Source of the DNA: an uncultured Candidatus Saccharibacteria bacterium
Lineage (GTDB): Bacteria > Patescibacteriota > Minisyncoccia > Phycocordibacterales > JACOZG01
Assembly: GCA_964360815.1 (NCBI GenBank)
Contig: CAYHYA010000005.1
Span: 1 to 44,162 of the forward strand
DNA: 44,162 bases
Reading direction: 5' to 3'
Position numbers and translations under genes: made by a program. Shown one piece after another: positions 17,725-25,590 of the stretch; position 1 is the first letter of the stretch, and the number at the start of each line of letters is the position of its first letter. The notes under the pieces were generated by a model. It did no database searches. It was not told the DNA's origin and saw nothing but the letters and a program-made list of their open reading frames with translations.

Positions 17725-17784
17725 TTAACGTTTCTTTTTTCCAGACTTGTGTTTCTTGGTTGTCTTTTTTGCTTTCTTTTTCAT
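17725..17784 (-). CDS. 19-codon Lys-rich upstream ORF (MKKKAKKTTKKHKSGKKKR), coding status uncertain
   Basis: ATG at 17782-17784 and TAA at 17725-17727. 11 of 19 residues are Lys. There is no clear Shine-Dalgarno. The terminator hairpin follows immediately. Confidence 0.25.
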   Translation of the reverse strand: MKKKAKKTTKKHKSGKKKR

Positions 17785-17945
17785 TTTATTTTCTAACTGA
17801 AATAATTTTTTAGTAAAAAGTTTTAGTAATAATTCTCGACCGCATCTTTTATTACTACGGACAGCTTAATTATCGCGCGAAAAAAAATTACCCACAATGA
17901 TTTTTTACGAAAAATGTGGATAACTTTAAAAAATATTTTTTTGCG

Positions 17946-18021
17946 TGCGCGAGTGGCCGGCGGGAACTAACTCCAAAAACTAAATGTCTTAATGTGAGTG
18001 TGACCGCCGGCCACTCGCGCA
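17946..18021. repeat. perfect 18-bp GC-rich inverted repeat with 40-nt spacer
   Basis: tgcgcgagtggccggcgg (17946-17963) and ccgccggccactcgcgca (18004-18021) are exact reverse complements, set in an otherwise AT-rich intergenic region. Confidence 0.9.
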
Positions 18022-18049
18022 AACAAATTTTCGTTCGTGGTTACTGTCC

Positions 18050-18077
18050 ATTATAATCGTAATCGCTAGACACGCAA
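18050..18077 (-). promoter_or_regulatory. second candidate promoter (TTGCGT-16 nt-TATAAT)
   Basis: The -10 at 18050-18055 and -35 at 18072-18077 are read on the minus strand. The -35 overlaps the 3' arm of hairpin H2. Confidence 0.35.
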
Positions 18078-18173
18078 ATCCCCCTTTGCCGAAGCGCGGG
18101 GGGACTTACGCAAGACATCTATGTGTTGGGAGTGACTAGCAACTTGCGCCACTAGATCACACTCACGCCCTCC

Positions 18174-18201
18174 ATTATACTCGCCCGTAAAATATTGTCA
18201 A
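18174..18201 (-). promoter_or_regulatory. near-consensus sigma70 promoter (TTGACA-16 nt-TATAAT)
   Basis: On the minus strand, ttgaca is at 18196-18201, directly after the TAG stop of 18202..20397. The spacer is 16 nt and tataat is at 18174-18179. Confidence 0.6.
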
Positions 18202-20397
18202 CTAAAACAACTTGCCGTTGACTTCGATCTTTTTGCCAGAACGGATAACCTTGATGATTTCTTGATATTGCTTGGTCAGTTCCGGTTTTAGTTTTATTAT
18301 TGCTTCGGCTTCGGTAATCGCCTTGGTTCGATTGCCGACAATAATATACGCCCCGATCAATGCTTCTCGATTCTTGATATTTTCCGGCTCGAGAGCAACT
18401 TTGTTTTGCCACAATTCCACCACTCGATCATATTGCCCCGCCGCCACGTAAGCATTGATCAAGCGGTCGTCCGGCGGAATGTTTTCGCCGAAAGCGGTGG
18501 TCAAAATATTGTCGGCTAAAACCAGGTCTTTGGTTAAAATTGCCGTCAGGGCGTAGACTGTCGCCGCTTCGGAAAAATGTGGTTCGAGTTCGTAGGCCTC
18601 CTGCGCTTCTTGTTTGGCCAGAACAACATCGCCCCGAGCCAAATAGATCTTTACTAGGCCGAAACGAATGGTTTGTTTTTGTGGCGAAAATTTTTTAGCC
18701 GCGATGAAATAATCGAGCGCCCGATCGGTTTGACCAAGCGCGCCAAAGAAATTTCCGGCCAAAATTAACGGCCGCGCGTTTTTCGGATCAGCCGCCACCA
18801 TCGCCTGAACCTGTTTTTCGGCACGGACGACTAGATCTTGTTTAAGTGAACTTGAAATTTTTTCGTTACCGAGCAACTGTAAAGTTGAGAAAATCATCTG
18901 CTCACGAGCTTCCGCCCGCCCGACAGTTTGGTAGTCAATAATTTTTTCAAACTTTTCCAACGCTTCCACGGCCGCGCCCTGACCAGTGAGAACGAGGGCC
19001 TGAAGCAATCCTTTCGCCGCCAACAGGGGTTTGGCGTTAAGAGCATAAACTAAAAACAGGGCGACTGGAATTACTATCAGTGGCGACACCTTCCGTTTCT
19101 CCGGAAAAGATCGGTCGGGCGTAGTTTCAGTGGTTCGAAAATGAAGGTAACCCAAAAAAGCAAAGAATAAAACTAAACTAACCAAATTATCAAAAACGAA
19201 AAAGTTGTGAACGAAGTAACCGGCCAAAAGACCCGTCCACAAACTTTTCTCACCCAAAGTAAAGCGATTGACTTTTTTCCAGAGGCAATAGAAACTGGTG
19301 ATAAAAAGCGAGAGATACGCCGCCAAGCCCAAAATTCCACCGGCGATTAACCAGTCAAAGAAAACGTTATGCGCGCGATCAAACCATTGTTCCTGGGCGT
19401 ATAAACCCGGATGATAGTATTTGTTGAAAACCGGCACGTAATTGTCTGGCCCCCAACCTAAAATTGGGCGCTCTTCGAAACCGCGCCAGGCCATTCCCCA
19501 AATCAAGAAGCGAGCATTTTGGCTGTTGAGCGAGATCGAGGCGAAACGTGACAACACCGGATTAGCTCGAACGAAAGACGAGTTTCTGGTGGTCCAGAAA
19601 ACCCCGCCGAAAAGAATTACCACGACAACGAAACCGGCGGCCACGCGCCAAACCTTTTTTTGTTCACGCTCGCGCCAAGTTAATAGACCGGCCGTAACGA
19701 GCAAGCCGAACACCAAACCAAGGATTGTCCCGCGCGTGGCCGTGCCATACAAAACCGCCAAATCAACTATCAGTAAAATTAAGTACGGCCACTTGCGCCA
19801 ATCTAGTTTTAGTTCGCCCCACTCAAACCACGACCGACCCAAAAGCCAAAGCAAAAAGAAAATATGGAAAAGCTCGTAAACGGCTAGATAGGTCGCGTTG
19901 CCAAGCGTCGCGTCTAACCGCTCGCCTTGATGGGTTTCAAGGAAACCACCCCATTGAAACAGCGCATAAATTCCGATGATCGCGTTGACCAACAAAGAAC
20001 CGTGCAATATCCAATTCCAATTTTTACGTTCCCGTAAGACCGTTGTCGCCACAACGAAAAAAGCCAATAGGTGGAGATAGGTCACGAGGCCCTCCATCCG
20101 CTCAAAATTAGACCAGAAACTGCGTCCCGGATCAGCACCAAAAAGGGTGGCGAGAGTTAAAACGGAAATCAACGCCACAACGGCCCAAAAAATCCCAGAT
20201 GACTTTGGACGAAAACGCGCGTCCGACCAAGCCAAATAAATCCAGCCGACGAGTAAGATTTCAACGACGACCCGAAAGAAAAACGCCTTCCCCGTGATGA
20301 ACGGAAAAAACAGAGAGGAGGAAACGATGAGGGGAAGTATGGCCGTGAGACACAAACCAACCGCGATCGCCCGAACTAAAATCTTATCCAAAGTCAT
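18202..20397 (-). CDS. polytopic membrane protein, O-antigen ligase-like (Wzy_C-type) with C-terminal TPR domain (second copy of this architecture)
   Basis: 731 aa with about 12 N-terminal helices. The motif LYGTATRGTILGLVFGLLV is typical of the O-antigen ligase family. The C-terminal roughly 270 aa are TPR-like (ALDYFIAAKKFSPQKQ..., AYELEPHFSEAATVYA...). Confidence 0.7.
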   Translation of the reverse strand: MTLDKILVRAIAVGLCLTAILPLIVSSSLFFPFITGKAFFFRVVVEILLVGWIYLAWSDARFRPKSSGIFWAVVALISVLTLATLFGADPGRSFWSNFERMEGLVTYLHLLAFFVVATTVLRERKNWNWILHGSLLVNAIIGIYALFQWGGFLETHQGERLDATLGNATYLAVYELFHIFFLLWLLGRSWFEWGELKLDWRKWPYLILLIVDLAVLYGTATRGTILGLVFGLLVTAGLLTWREREQKKVWRVAAGFVVVVILFGGVFWTTRNSSFVRANPVLSRFASISLNSQNARFLIWGMAWRGFEERPILGWGPDNYVPVFNKYYHPGLYAQEQWFDRAHNVFFDWLIAGGILGLAAYLSLFITSFYCLWKKVNRFTLGEKSLWTGLLAGYFVHNFFVFDNLVSLVLFFAFLGYLHFRTTETTPDRSFPEKRKVSPLIVIPVALFLVYALNAKPLLAAKGLLQALVLTGQGAAVEALEKFEKIIDYQTVGRAEAREQMIFSTLQLLGNEKISSSLKQDLVVRAEKQVQAMVAADPKNARPLILAGNFFGALGQTDRALDYFIAAKKFSPQKQTIRFGLVKIYLARGDVVLAKQEAQEAYELEPHFSEAATVYALTAILTKDLVLADNILTTAFGENIPPDDRLINAYVAAGQYDRVVELWQNKVALEPENIKNREALIGAYIIVGNRTKAITEAEAIIKLKPELTKQYQEIIKVIRSGKKIEVNGKLF

Positions 20398-20411
20398 GCT
20401 AGGATGGAATT

Positions 20412-21680
20412 ATGACAAATATTCGTCAGAAAATCTATAAAACGCTCCGTTGGGTAGAACATTACACAAAAACCGACAATGTGTATCTAGCAAAGAGTGG
20501 TTTCTGGGTATCGTTCGGCCACGTTGTTGCTATTTGCTCTGGACTTTTTGTTTCTCTTGCCTTTGCTAATCTTTTTCCAAAAGAGTCATTCGGAACCTAC
20601 AAATTCATCGTATCAATCACTGGTCTCTTGGGAATTTTTTCACTCACGGGGTTAGGGACATCGATTGTCCAATCTGTAGCTCGAGGGTTCGGCGGAGCTC
20701 TGCGTCAAGGTTTCCGATTAAACTTAAAATGGAGTATCGGGATTTTCTTGGGAGGACTTATTTTTAGTACCTATTATTACATAAACGGTAACGAGCTTTT
20801 ATCTTTTTCTTTTCTTTTGGCCGGAATTTTGACTCCATTCACAAACAGCGCCGCTTTATATGGGGCTTATTTATTGGGAAAAAAGGATTTTCGGAGAAAT
20901 TCGTTTTACAACAGCGTGCGTAACCTTGTACCAGCCATCGCTCTTATAATTACGCTTCTCCTAACCCAAAACTTAGCTGTCATCATCACTGTCTATTTTC
21001 TTTTTGCGGCGCTGGTTCCGCTACTCCTATATTATCGAGCAGCACGAATTCATCGAACAAACGGGGAGAGAGACCCTGGACTTATCCCTTTCAGTAAACA
21101 CTTGAGTTTAATGGAAATCATCGGCACGATTGCCTCCCAACTTGATAAAATTCTTATTTTTCACTACCTTGGTGCCGCACCACTCGCGATTTATGCCTTT
21201 GCTATCGCTCCTGTCGAACAACTTCAAGGGGGGAAAAAAATATTTAGCACCATGATCCAACCGAAAATGAACGAACGATCTTTTGAAGAACTACAGCGGT
21301 CTTCCCCACGTAAATCTCTTTTACTGATCATCTATGCCCTCTGCCTAGCCCTTCTTTGGGTGATTATGGCTCCATACTTTTACAAATTTCTTTTCCCTCA
21401 ATACCTTGATTCGGTTGTGTATTCACAAATCTACTCCTTCACCTTGTTGGCTGTTTCTGGCACTATGTTCAACGAGATCTTAGTGGCCCACAAGAAGACC
21501 AAGGAATTATACTTACACCGGACCGTCGCTCCGATCCTTCAGATTCTTCTATTTCTGGCCCTTCTCCCTCGGTTTGGATTGATGGGACTCGTGGTAACTC
21601 ATGTACTCATGAGGTCTTTGAACGGTTTAGCCCTTTATTATTTTGTAAAATTTCCCTTTCGAATAAAATCTTCTAGTTGA
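20412..21680 (+). CDS. oligosaccharide/polysaccharide flippase (Wzx / MOP superfamily)
   Basis: 422 aa and about 12 TM helices. The N-terminus has the pattern typical of Polysacc_synt family proteins. It is the only plus-strand gene. It is divergent from 18202..20397 with a 14-nt gap, and it converges on and overlaps 21638..23434 by 43 nt. Confidence 0.65.
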   Translation: MTNIRQKIYKTLRWVEHYTKTDNVYLAKSGFWVSFGHVVAICSGLFVSLAFANLFPKESFGTYKFIVSITGLLGIFSLTGLGTSIVQSVARGFGGALRQGFRLNLKWSIGIFLGGLIFSTYYYINGNELLSFSFLLAGILTPFTNSAALYGAYLLGKKDFRRNSFYNSVRNLVPAIALIITLLLTQNLAVIITVYFLFAALVPLLLYYRAARIHRTNGERDPGLIPFSKHLSLMEIIGTIASQLDKILIFHYLGAAPLAIYAFAIAPVEQLQGGKKIFSTMIQPKMNERSFEELQRSSPRKSLLLIIYALCLALLWVIMAPYFYKFLFPQYLDSVVYSQIYSFTLLAVSGTMFNEILVAHKKTKELYLHRTVAPILQILLFLALLPRFGLMGLVVTHVLMRSLNGLALYYFVKFPFRIKSSS

Positions 21681-23434
21681 TCCACTACCCACTTACTACC
21701 ATTTTTTTCCGGATCACCAAAATATCGTTCTTGTAAATTTTTTAGCTTCTCTCTCTCAACCAATTTCACCGCCTCAATTTTTTTAAGAAGATCTGATGGG
21801 TCGTCGGCAAAAAAGGACTGATTGTCGTCATAAGACTTAATATTATAGTAATCTCCCCACTTGTTAGTCTGGAAAAAAATTGGGGCTTTAAGAACTAAGA
21901 GGGCTTCGAGAACCGCCGTACTATGAGTTCCTACAGCCACATCTATATACTTTATGGCATCTTGCAGACTCCCACTAGCGATCTTTAGATTGGGGTGCTG
22001 TAAAATTTTTGGATTATTTTTTAACAACCAGTCCTTAAACCCATCACGAAATTGGCGAAAGGTGATCGTGACGTGAATTCGTTTTTCGTTAAGCAGTGTT
22101 TCAAGGAACGGCAAGACTTCTTCGGGGACCGCTAATTGTTCTGAGACAAAAAGTACTTCCCAAAAGTCTGCCTTATTTTTAACCAACGGAATCGGGTCAT
22201 ATCTTTTTTCGAGCGGGCGCATTGGGCCAGACACAAACAACTGTTCCGATCGATAAGCCTTAGTATTTTCCAAATAATATTTTTTCCACCATTCACTCCA
22301 GAGACCATACCTGTCGACAGATATCATCTCCTTGCCATCAAAACCTGGTAAGAAGTCATAGATGTTATAATTCTTCGAAGCCACGCCGTGCAAAATACCA
22401 ACGGTAGGAATAGAATTCAACTTACACCCCAAAAAAGAATGGAAATTCCTATCCAACGCCGCCGCAAAAAAAGCTGACTTGATGCCGATTATTTTTAAAA
22501 TCCAACTCATAATTCTGATCGACCAAATATCATTATGAACATTAACTAAATAGTGACTGGCAATGTAAATTTTAAATTTTTTATCGGATTTTATTTCGTT
22601 ATGTAAAATATATTTTAGGTTTTTCTTAAATTCATATTTCCGGTAAGAAAAAAAACTGGCCAAGTGACCCAAGAAGGCAACCGCCTCTGAATAAATAACT
22701 GGGCGCTTCCTAAACAACGCGTGCTGGAGAACAATTTTCCAAGATTCCAGACTCCGAATAAATTCAACAAAAAAAAGATTCCTTTGTCGTAATTCTTTAT
22801 ATATAAATCTCATCCGGAAATCATAGTCTTGTTTTTTTTCAAATTTATCACCAATGAATATCATGAACTTACGTTTTTTAACTACGAGGATGGGGAGAGA
22901 AAGGAGAGTGATAAAAATTTGTATAAAAATCCCGAAAGGTAAAAGAGAGAGAATTCTGAAACGCCGATCTCGAATGATGCCCACCTCAATCTGCTGGGCC
23001 CGAAGATAGTGGTAAAAGAGATTTTTGTATGGTGATCGGTAGAGATAAACCTTCGAAAAGCTTTTTAGGTGCTCGAGAAGTTTTTCATACTGAGTGTGGG
23101 GTAAACAGAAGTATGAAAAAAGGCTATTGCAATACATCCACCAAAGTTCATAACCATGGTAGGTAAAAATTTTAGCCAAGCGTCGACCATCATCTAATTT
23201 AAGAAGGGAAAGTTCTCTCATCAGGGAGGTGGCATCATAGATACTGCCTGGCTGAACAAAATCTTCGATCGCTGTAAAAGAGATGTTTTTAGGAATTTCC
23301 TTTTCGAGCTCTCTGGGGGCAATCACTGTTTTAATTTGAGTCCACCAATCTAGGTTTTTTCTCGGCAACTCCGGTGTAAAAATAACCAAGGTGGAGATTC
23401 CCTTTTTATTCATTGTTGATTGGAAGACCCTCAA
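21638..23434 (-). CDS. putative capsule-polysaccharide-biosynthesis-type glycosyltransferase (KpsS/KpsC Capsule_synth-like), one central TM helix
   Basis: 598 aa. The C-terminal segment IDVAVGTHSTAVLEALLVLKAPIFF resembles the S-T-x-x-x-E-A-L-L-x-x-K-P motif of the Capsule_synth family. The likely true start is MNKKG at 23413, which gives an 8-nt ATGAATAA overlap with the upstream stop. The call is weak. Confidence 0.35.
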   Translation of the reverse strand: MRVFQSTMNKKGISTLVIFTPELPRKNLDWWTQIKTVIAPRELEKEIPKNISFTAIEDFVQPGSIYDATSLMRELSLLKLDDGRRLAKIFTYHGYELWWMYCNSLFSYFCLPHTQYEKLLEHLKSFSKVYLYRSPYKNLFYHYLRAQQIEVGIIRDRRFRILSLLPFGIFIQIFITLLSLPILVVKKRKFMIFIGDKFEKKQDYDFRMRFIYKELRQRNLFFVEFIRSLESWKIVLQHALFRKRPVIYSEAVAFLGHLASFFSYRKYEFKKNLKYILHNEIKSDKKFKIYIASHYLVNVHNDIWSIRIMSWILKIIGIKSAFFAAALDRNFHSFLGCKLNSIPTVGILHGVASKNYNIYDFLPGFDGKEMISVDRYGLWSEWWKKYYLENTKAYRSEQLFVSGPMRPLEKRYDPIPLVKNKADFWEVLFVSEQLAVPEEVLPFLETLLNEKRIHVTITFRQFRDGFKDWLLKNNPKILQHPNLKIASGSLQDAIKYIDVAVGTHSTAVLEALLVLKAPIFFQTNKWGDYYNIKSYDDNQSFFADDPSDLLKKIEAVKLVEREKLKNLQERYFGDPEKNGSKWVVDQLEDFIRKGNFTK

Positions 23435-24326
23435 TCAAACAATTAATACTATTTTCATGGACTTTCCTCCACGCGGTCTGACCGGCATTAGCATTATGTG
23501 GTGATAAAATAACATTTGACATTTTTGTTAACGGACTACTTTTCGGCAGAGGTTCGTTTTCAAAAACATCGAGCCCCGCCCCCGCAATCGTCTTATTTTT
23601 CAGGGCCTCGATTAATGCGGCTTCATCCACGATTGGTCCCCGCGCCGTGTTGACAAGATAAGCACTCGGTCTCATCAGAGAAAGAGTTTCCTTGTTTATC
23701 AAATGAAAACTAGTCTCGTTTAAATCACAATTAACACTAACAAAGTCAGATTCCCCCAATAGGTCTTCGAGCGGGACCATAAAATGGTAAGGTAATTCCT
23801 TAATATCGTTACCTAAGACTCTCATTCCAAAAGCCTCCGCTCTTTTGATCACCGCTTGACCAACATTACCCACTCCGATCACTCCTAAGGTATATTCGTG
23901 CAAGGCCTTATTAAGTTTTTTCTCCCATTTACCATTTTTGACCTTATCATTTAATTCCATGGTGCCACGAGCAAAACAGAGAATCAAACTTAATACTGTA
24001 TCAGCCACTGGATCAGTGAAGGCATTAATAGTGTTTCGGACCGGAATATTGCGTCTAGCCGCAGCCTCTTTGTCAATTGAATCAGTCCCGGTTCCCCATT
24101 TAACGATCACTTTTAAATTCGGTGAATTGGTAATGACTCTTTCGGTGATTTTATCATTACCACAAATAATCCCATGCACCGTGGGTAAGTAAACTAAGAG
24201 CTCATCTTCCGATAAACTTTCTTTCGGTGGCGGCATGATTATCTCTAACTTATGGTTCTCAAATATATGCCGGTAATCATCAATCACCAACTGGAGATAG
24301 GGGGCTGTGATCAAGACCTTATACAT
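23406..24326 (-). CDS. D-isomer-specific 2-hydroxyacid dehydrogenase (phosphoglycerate dehydrogenase-like)
   Basis: NAD site GVIGVGNVGQAVIKRAEAFGMRVLGND, plus LVNTARGPIVDEAAL, LDVFENEP and ILSPHNA. The start is taken at MYKVLI (24324-24326). The track's extension to 24422 crosses a terminator. Confidence 0.8.
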   Translation of the reverse strand: MYKVLITAPYLQLVIDDYRHIFENHKLEIIMPPPKESLSEDELLVYLPTVHGIICGNDKITERVITNSPNLKVIVKWGTGTDSIDKEAAARRNIPVRNTINAFTDPVADTVLSLILCFARGTMELNDKVKNGKWEKKLNKALHEYTLGVIGVGNVGQAVIKRAEAFGMRVLGNDIKELPYHFMVPLEDLLGESDFVSVNCDLNETSFHLINKETLSLMRPSAYLVNTARGPIVDEAALIEALKNKTIAGAGLDVFENEPLPKSSPLTKMSNVILSPHNANAGQTAWRKVHENSINCLIEGLPINNE

Positions 24327-24351
24327 AGTAAGGGATATCTTGTCATAAAAA

Positions 24352-24391
24352 TTAGAAAAGAAAAAGGGATGCTTGCCTAAACAAGCATCCC
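24352..24391 (-). terminator. Rho-independent terminator after 24419..24874
   Basis: Perfect 10-bp stem gggatgcttg (24366-24375) / caagcatccc (24382-24391) with a 6-nt loop. On the minus-strand RNA it is followed by UUUUUCUUUUCU. Confidence 0.65.
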
Positions 24392-24418
24392 CCGCCCTAA
24401 AAACGCTATTTTCCAAGA

Positions 24419-24874
24419 TCAATCAGACGCCGGTTCCTCGTTGGGGAGATATTCGACCCAATAGATAGTCATGATGGTGCTGGGATCGAATTCCTTCCCG
24501 GGGGACATCTCCGTTTGGAGATAATCCAGAACGCCGGCCGAGTCGTCTGACACCGCATAGCCGTTCCCGAAACTCAAGTCTTCGTCCTTGATGTCGCCCA
24601 GACGGGTGACGGTGCGACGCACAATCTGGACGGTCGTGCCATCATCTGGCTCAAAATCGGGGTTGATTCCCTTCGCCTGATCACCAGTACCAGGCACGAG
24701 GGTGTAGACCGGGATTGGCTCAAAGAGTGGCAGCCATTGCTTCGGAGCCTTTTGCGAGTCAGAGCGGTCTCCTAAGCGGAGAATCACAGTGAGGCCTTGA
24801 CTTTTCACCATCTTGGCCTCATTCCCTTTCACCCAAAAAGCGCGCTCACCATAGACATGCCTATTCGTTCTCAT
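24419..24874 (-). CDS. hypothetical protein, possibly ASCH/PUA-like fold
   Basis: 151-aa ORF with a strong GGGAGG Shine-Dalgarno 6 nt upstream and its own terminator. The C-terminal half (IVRRTVTRLGDIKDEDLSFGNGY...IMTIYWVEYL) loosely resembles ASCH domains. It is noticeably more GC-rich than the flanking genes. Confidence 0.4.
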   Translation of the reverse strand: MRTNRHVYGERAFWVKGNEAKMVKSQGLTVILRLGDRSDSQKAPKQWLPLFEPIPVYTLVPGTGDQAKGINPDFEPDDGTTVQIVRRTVTRLGDIKDEDLSFGNGYAVSDDSAGVLDYLQTEMSPGKEFDPSTIMTIYWVEYLPNEEPASD

Positions 24875-24957
24875 CCATAACCTCCCGTAGAAACTAGGAC
24901 TCCTTACCTCACCCCGAACCAGCCGGGATTTCCACTATTAAACCTAGCATAAGTTGA

Positions 24958-25590
24958 CTATAAAGTCAACAATATCGCTCTCGTCGGTGCAGCCTCAACA
25001 TTAGCCAACCTTGTGGGTAGACAAATTAACTGGTATGTCCCCGCTTTCACTTTTGCCAAATTAATGCCCTCAAGTAGGGCAATGTTTCCCTTAAGTAAAA
25101 TCTGGTGCACCGATTGGACCTCATTAAATTTAGCAATGGATAAATAATCTACCCCAATTAGTTTGAGTTTCCTTTTTGTCAGCCAGCGGGCACCAGAAGT
25201 AGTTACCCCGACATAATTTTTATTGAATTTGCCGCCTCTTTTTCTCCAAGGTTCAGAGTTAGAGGTTTTGAAAAGCAACCGATCAACGCTCGTCTCCAAA
25301 TTCAATGCTTCCAAAATTTCGGCCGCAATGTCTTTAATCTTAGGAAGATCAACCACCAATACTCGCCCCATAAAAATATCTAATGGCAATTTATCTATGG
25401 ATTTTCCACTGGCGATAAAATGGCTCGGAGCATCTAGGTGCGTCCCGACATGAACGCTTGTGGTAATTTGGGTATCATCAGATAACTCTCCCTTTCTCAA
25501 ACTGGATAGCTTTCGAAAAGCTGGTTTGGGAGTTCTCGGCCAGACTACTGTGCGAGAATCCACGGTCACAGAAATATCAATTATTTTCAT
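24958..25590 (-). CDS. cyclase-family protein (kynurenine formamidase / arylformamidase-like)
   Basis: The motif HVGTHLDAPSHF fits the HxGTHxDAPxH signature of the putative cyclase family. The protein is 210 aa. Its start shares one nucleotide with the upstream stop. Confidence 0.8.
   Translation of the reverse strand: MKIIDISVTVDSRTVVWPRTPKPAFRKLSSLRKGELSDDTQITTSVHVGTHLDAPSHFIASGKSIDKLPLDIFMGRVLVVDLPKIKDIAAEILEALNLETSVDRLLFKTSNSEPWRKRGGKFNKNYVGVTTSGARWLTKRKLKLIGVDYLSIAKFNEVQSVHQILLKGNIALLEGINLAKVKAGTYQLICLPTRLANVEAAPTRAILLTL

Larger units (their letters stand above)
17940..18168 (-). ncRNA. unclassified structured RNA or long structured 5' leader of the uORF/secA transcript
   Basis: It lies downstream of a TTGACA-16-TATAAT promoter. 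Hairpin H1 (18132-18160) has a GCAA (GNRA) loop. Hairpin H2 (18072-18111) is a 12-13-bp stem capped by C(UUCG)G. H3 is the 18-bp stem (17946-18021). The 5' segment GUGAGUGUGA (18157-18166) is complementary to UCACACUCAC in the H3 loop (17994-18003). I could not recognise any known RNA family. Confidence 0.4.

Noticed and set aside
17888-17923. A perfect DnaA box (TTATCCACA, read on the minus strand at 17915-17923) and an inverted one-mismatch box (TTACCCACA, 17888-17896) lie in the AT-rich secA-upstream region. This raised the possibility of oriC.
   Set aside because: There are only two boxes. No dnaA/dnaN is nearby. Genes on both sides keep the same (minus) orientation, so there is no strand switch. 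The boxes may be a DnaA-responsive regulatory site or chance. A genome-wide GC-skew analysis would be needed to revisit this.
17940-18168. The 5' GGGCGUGA...UGGCG and 3' CCGCCGG strings resemble ZTP (pfl) riboswitch conserved segments. GGCAAA resembles c-di-GMP-I.
   Set aside because: The spacing and the 18-bp stem do not fit either consensus as I remember them, and the downstream gene (secA) is not in either regulon. I kept it as an unclassified RNA; an Rfam scan should decide.
18152-18412. 86-aa minus-strand ORF overlapping the end of the Wzy_C-TPR gene and extending into the intergenic RNA region.
   Set aside because: It is out of frame inside the well-supported 731-aa ORF. Its translation is Arg/Ser/Gln-rich and low-complexity. 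Its 3' end coincides with the promoter/ncRNA region.
23406-24422. The track's full 338-aa version of the 2-hydroxyacid dehydrogenase starts at 24422.
   Set aside because: The extra 32 codons run through the terminator hairpin (24366-24391) and its U-tract and give a non-homologous N-terminus. MYKVLITAP at 24326 aligns with the usual start of this family.
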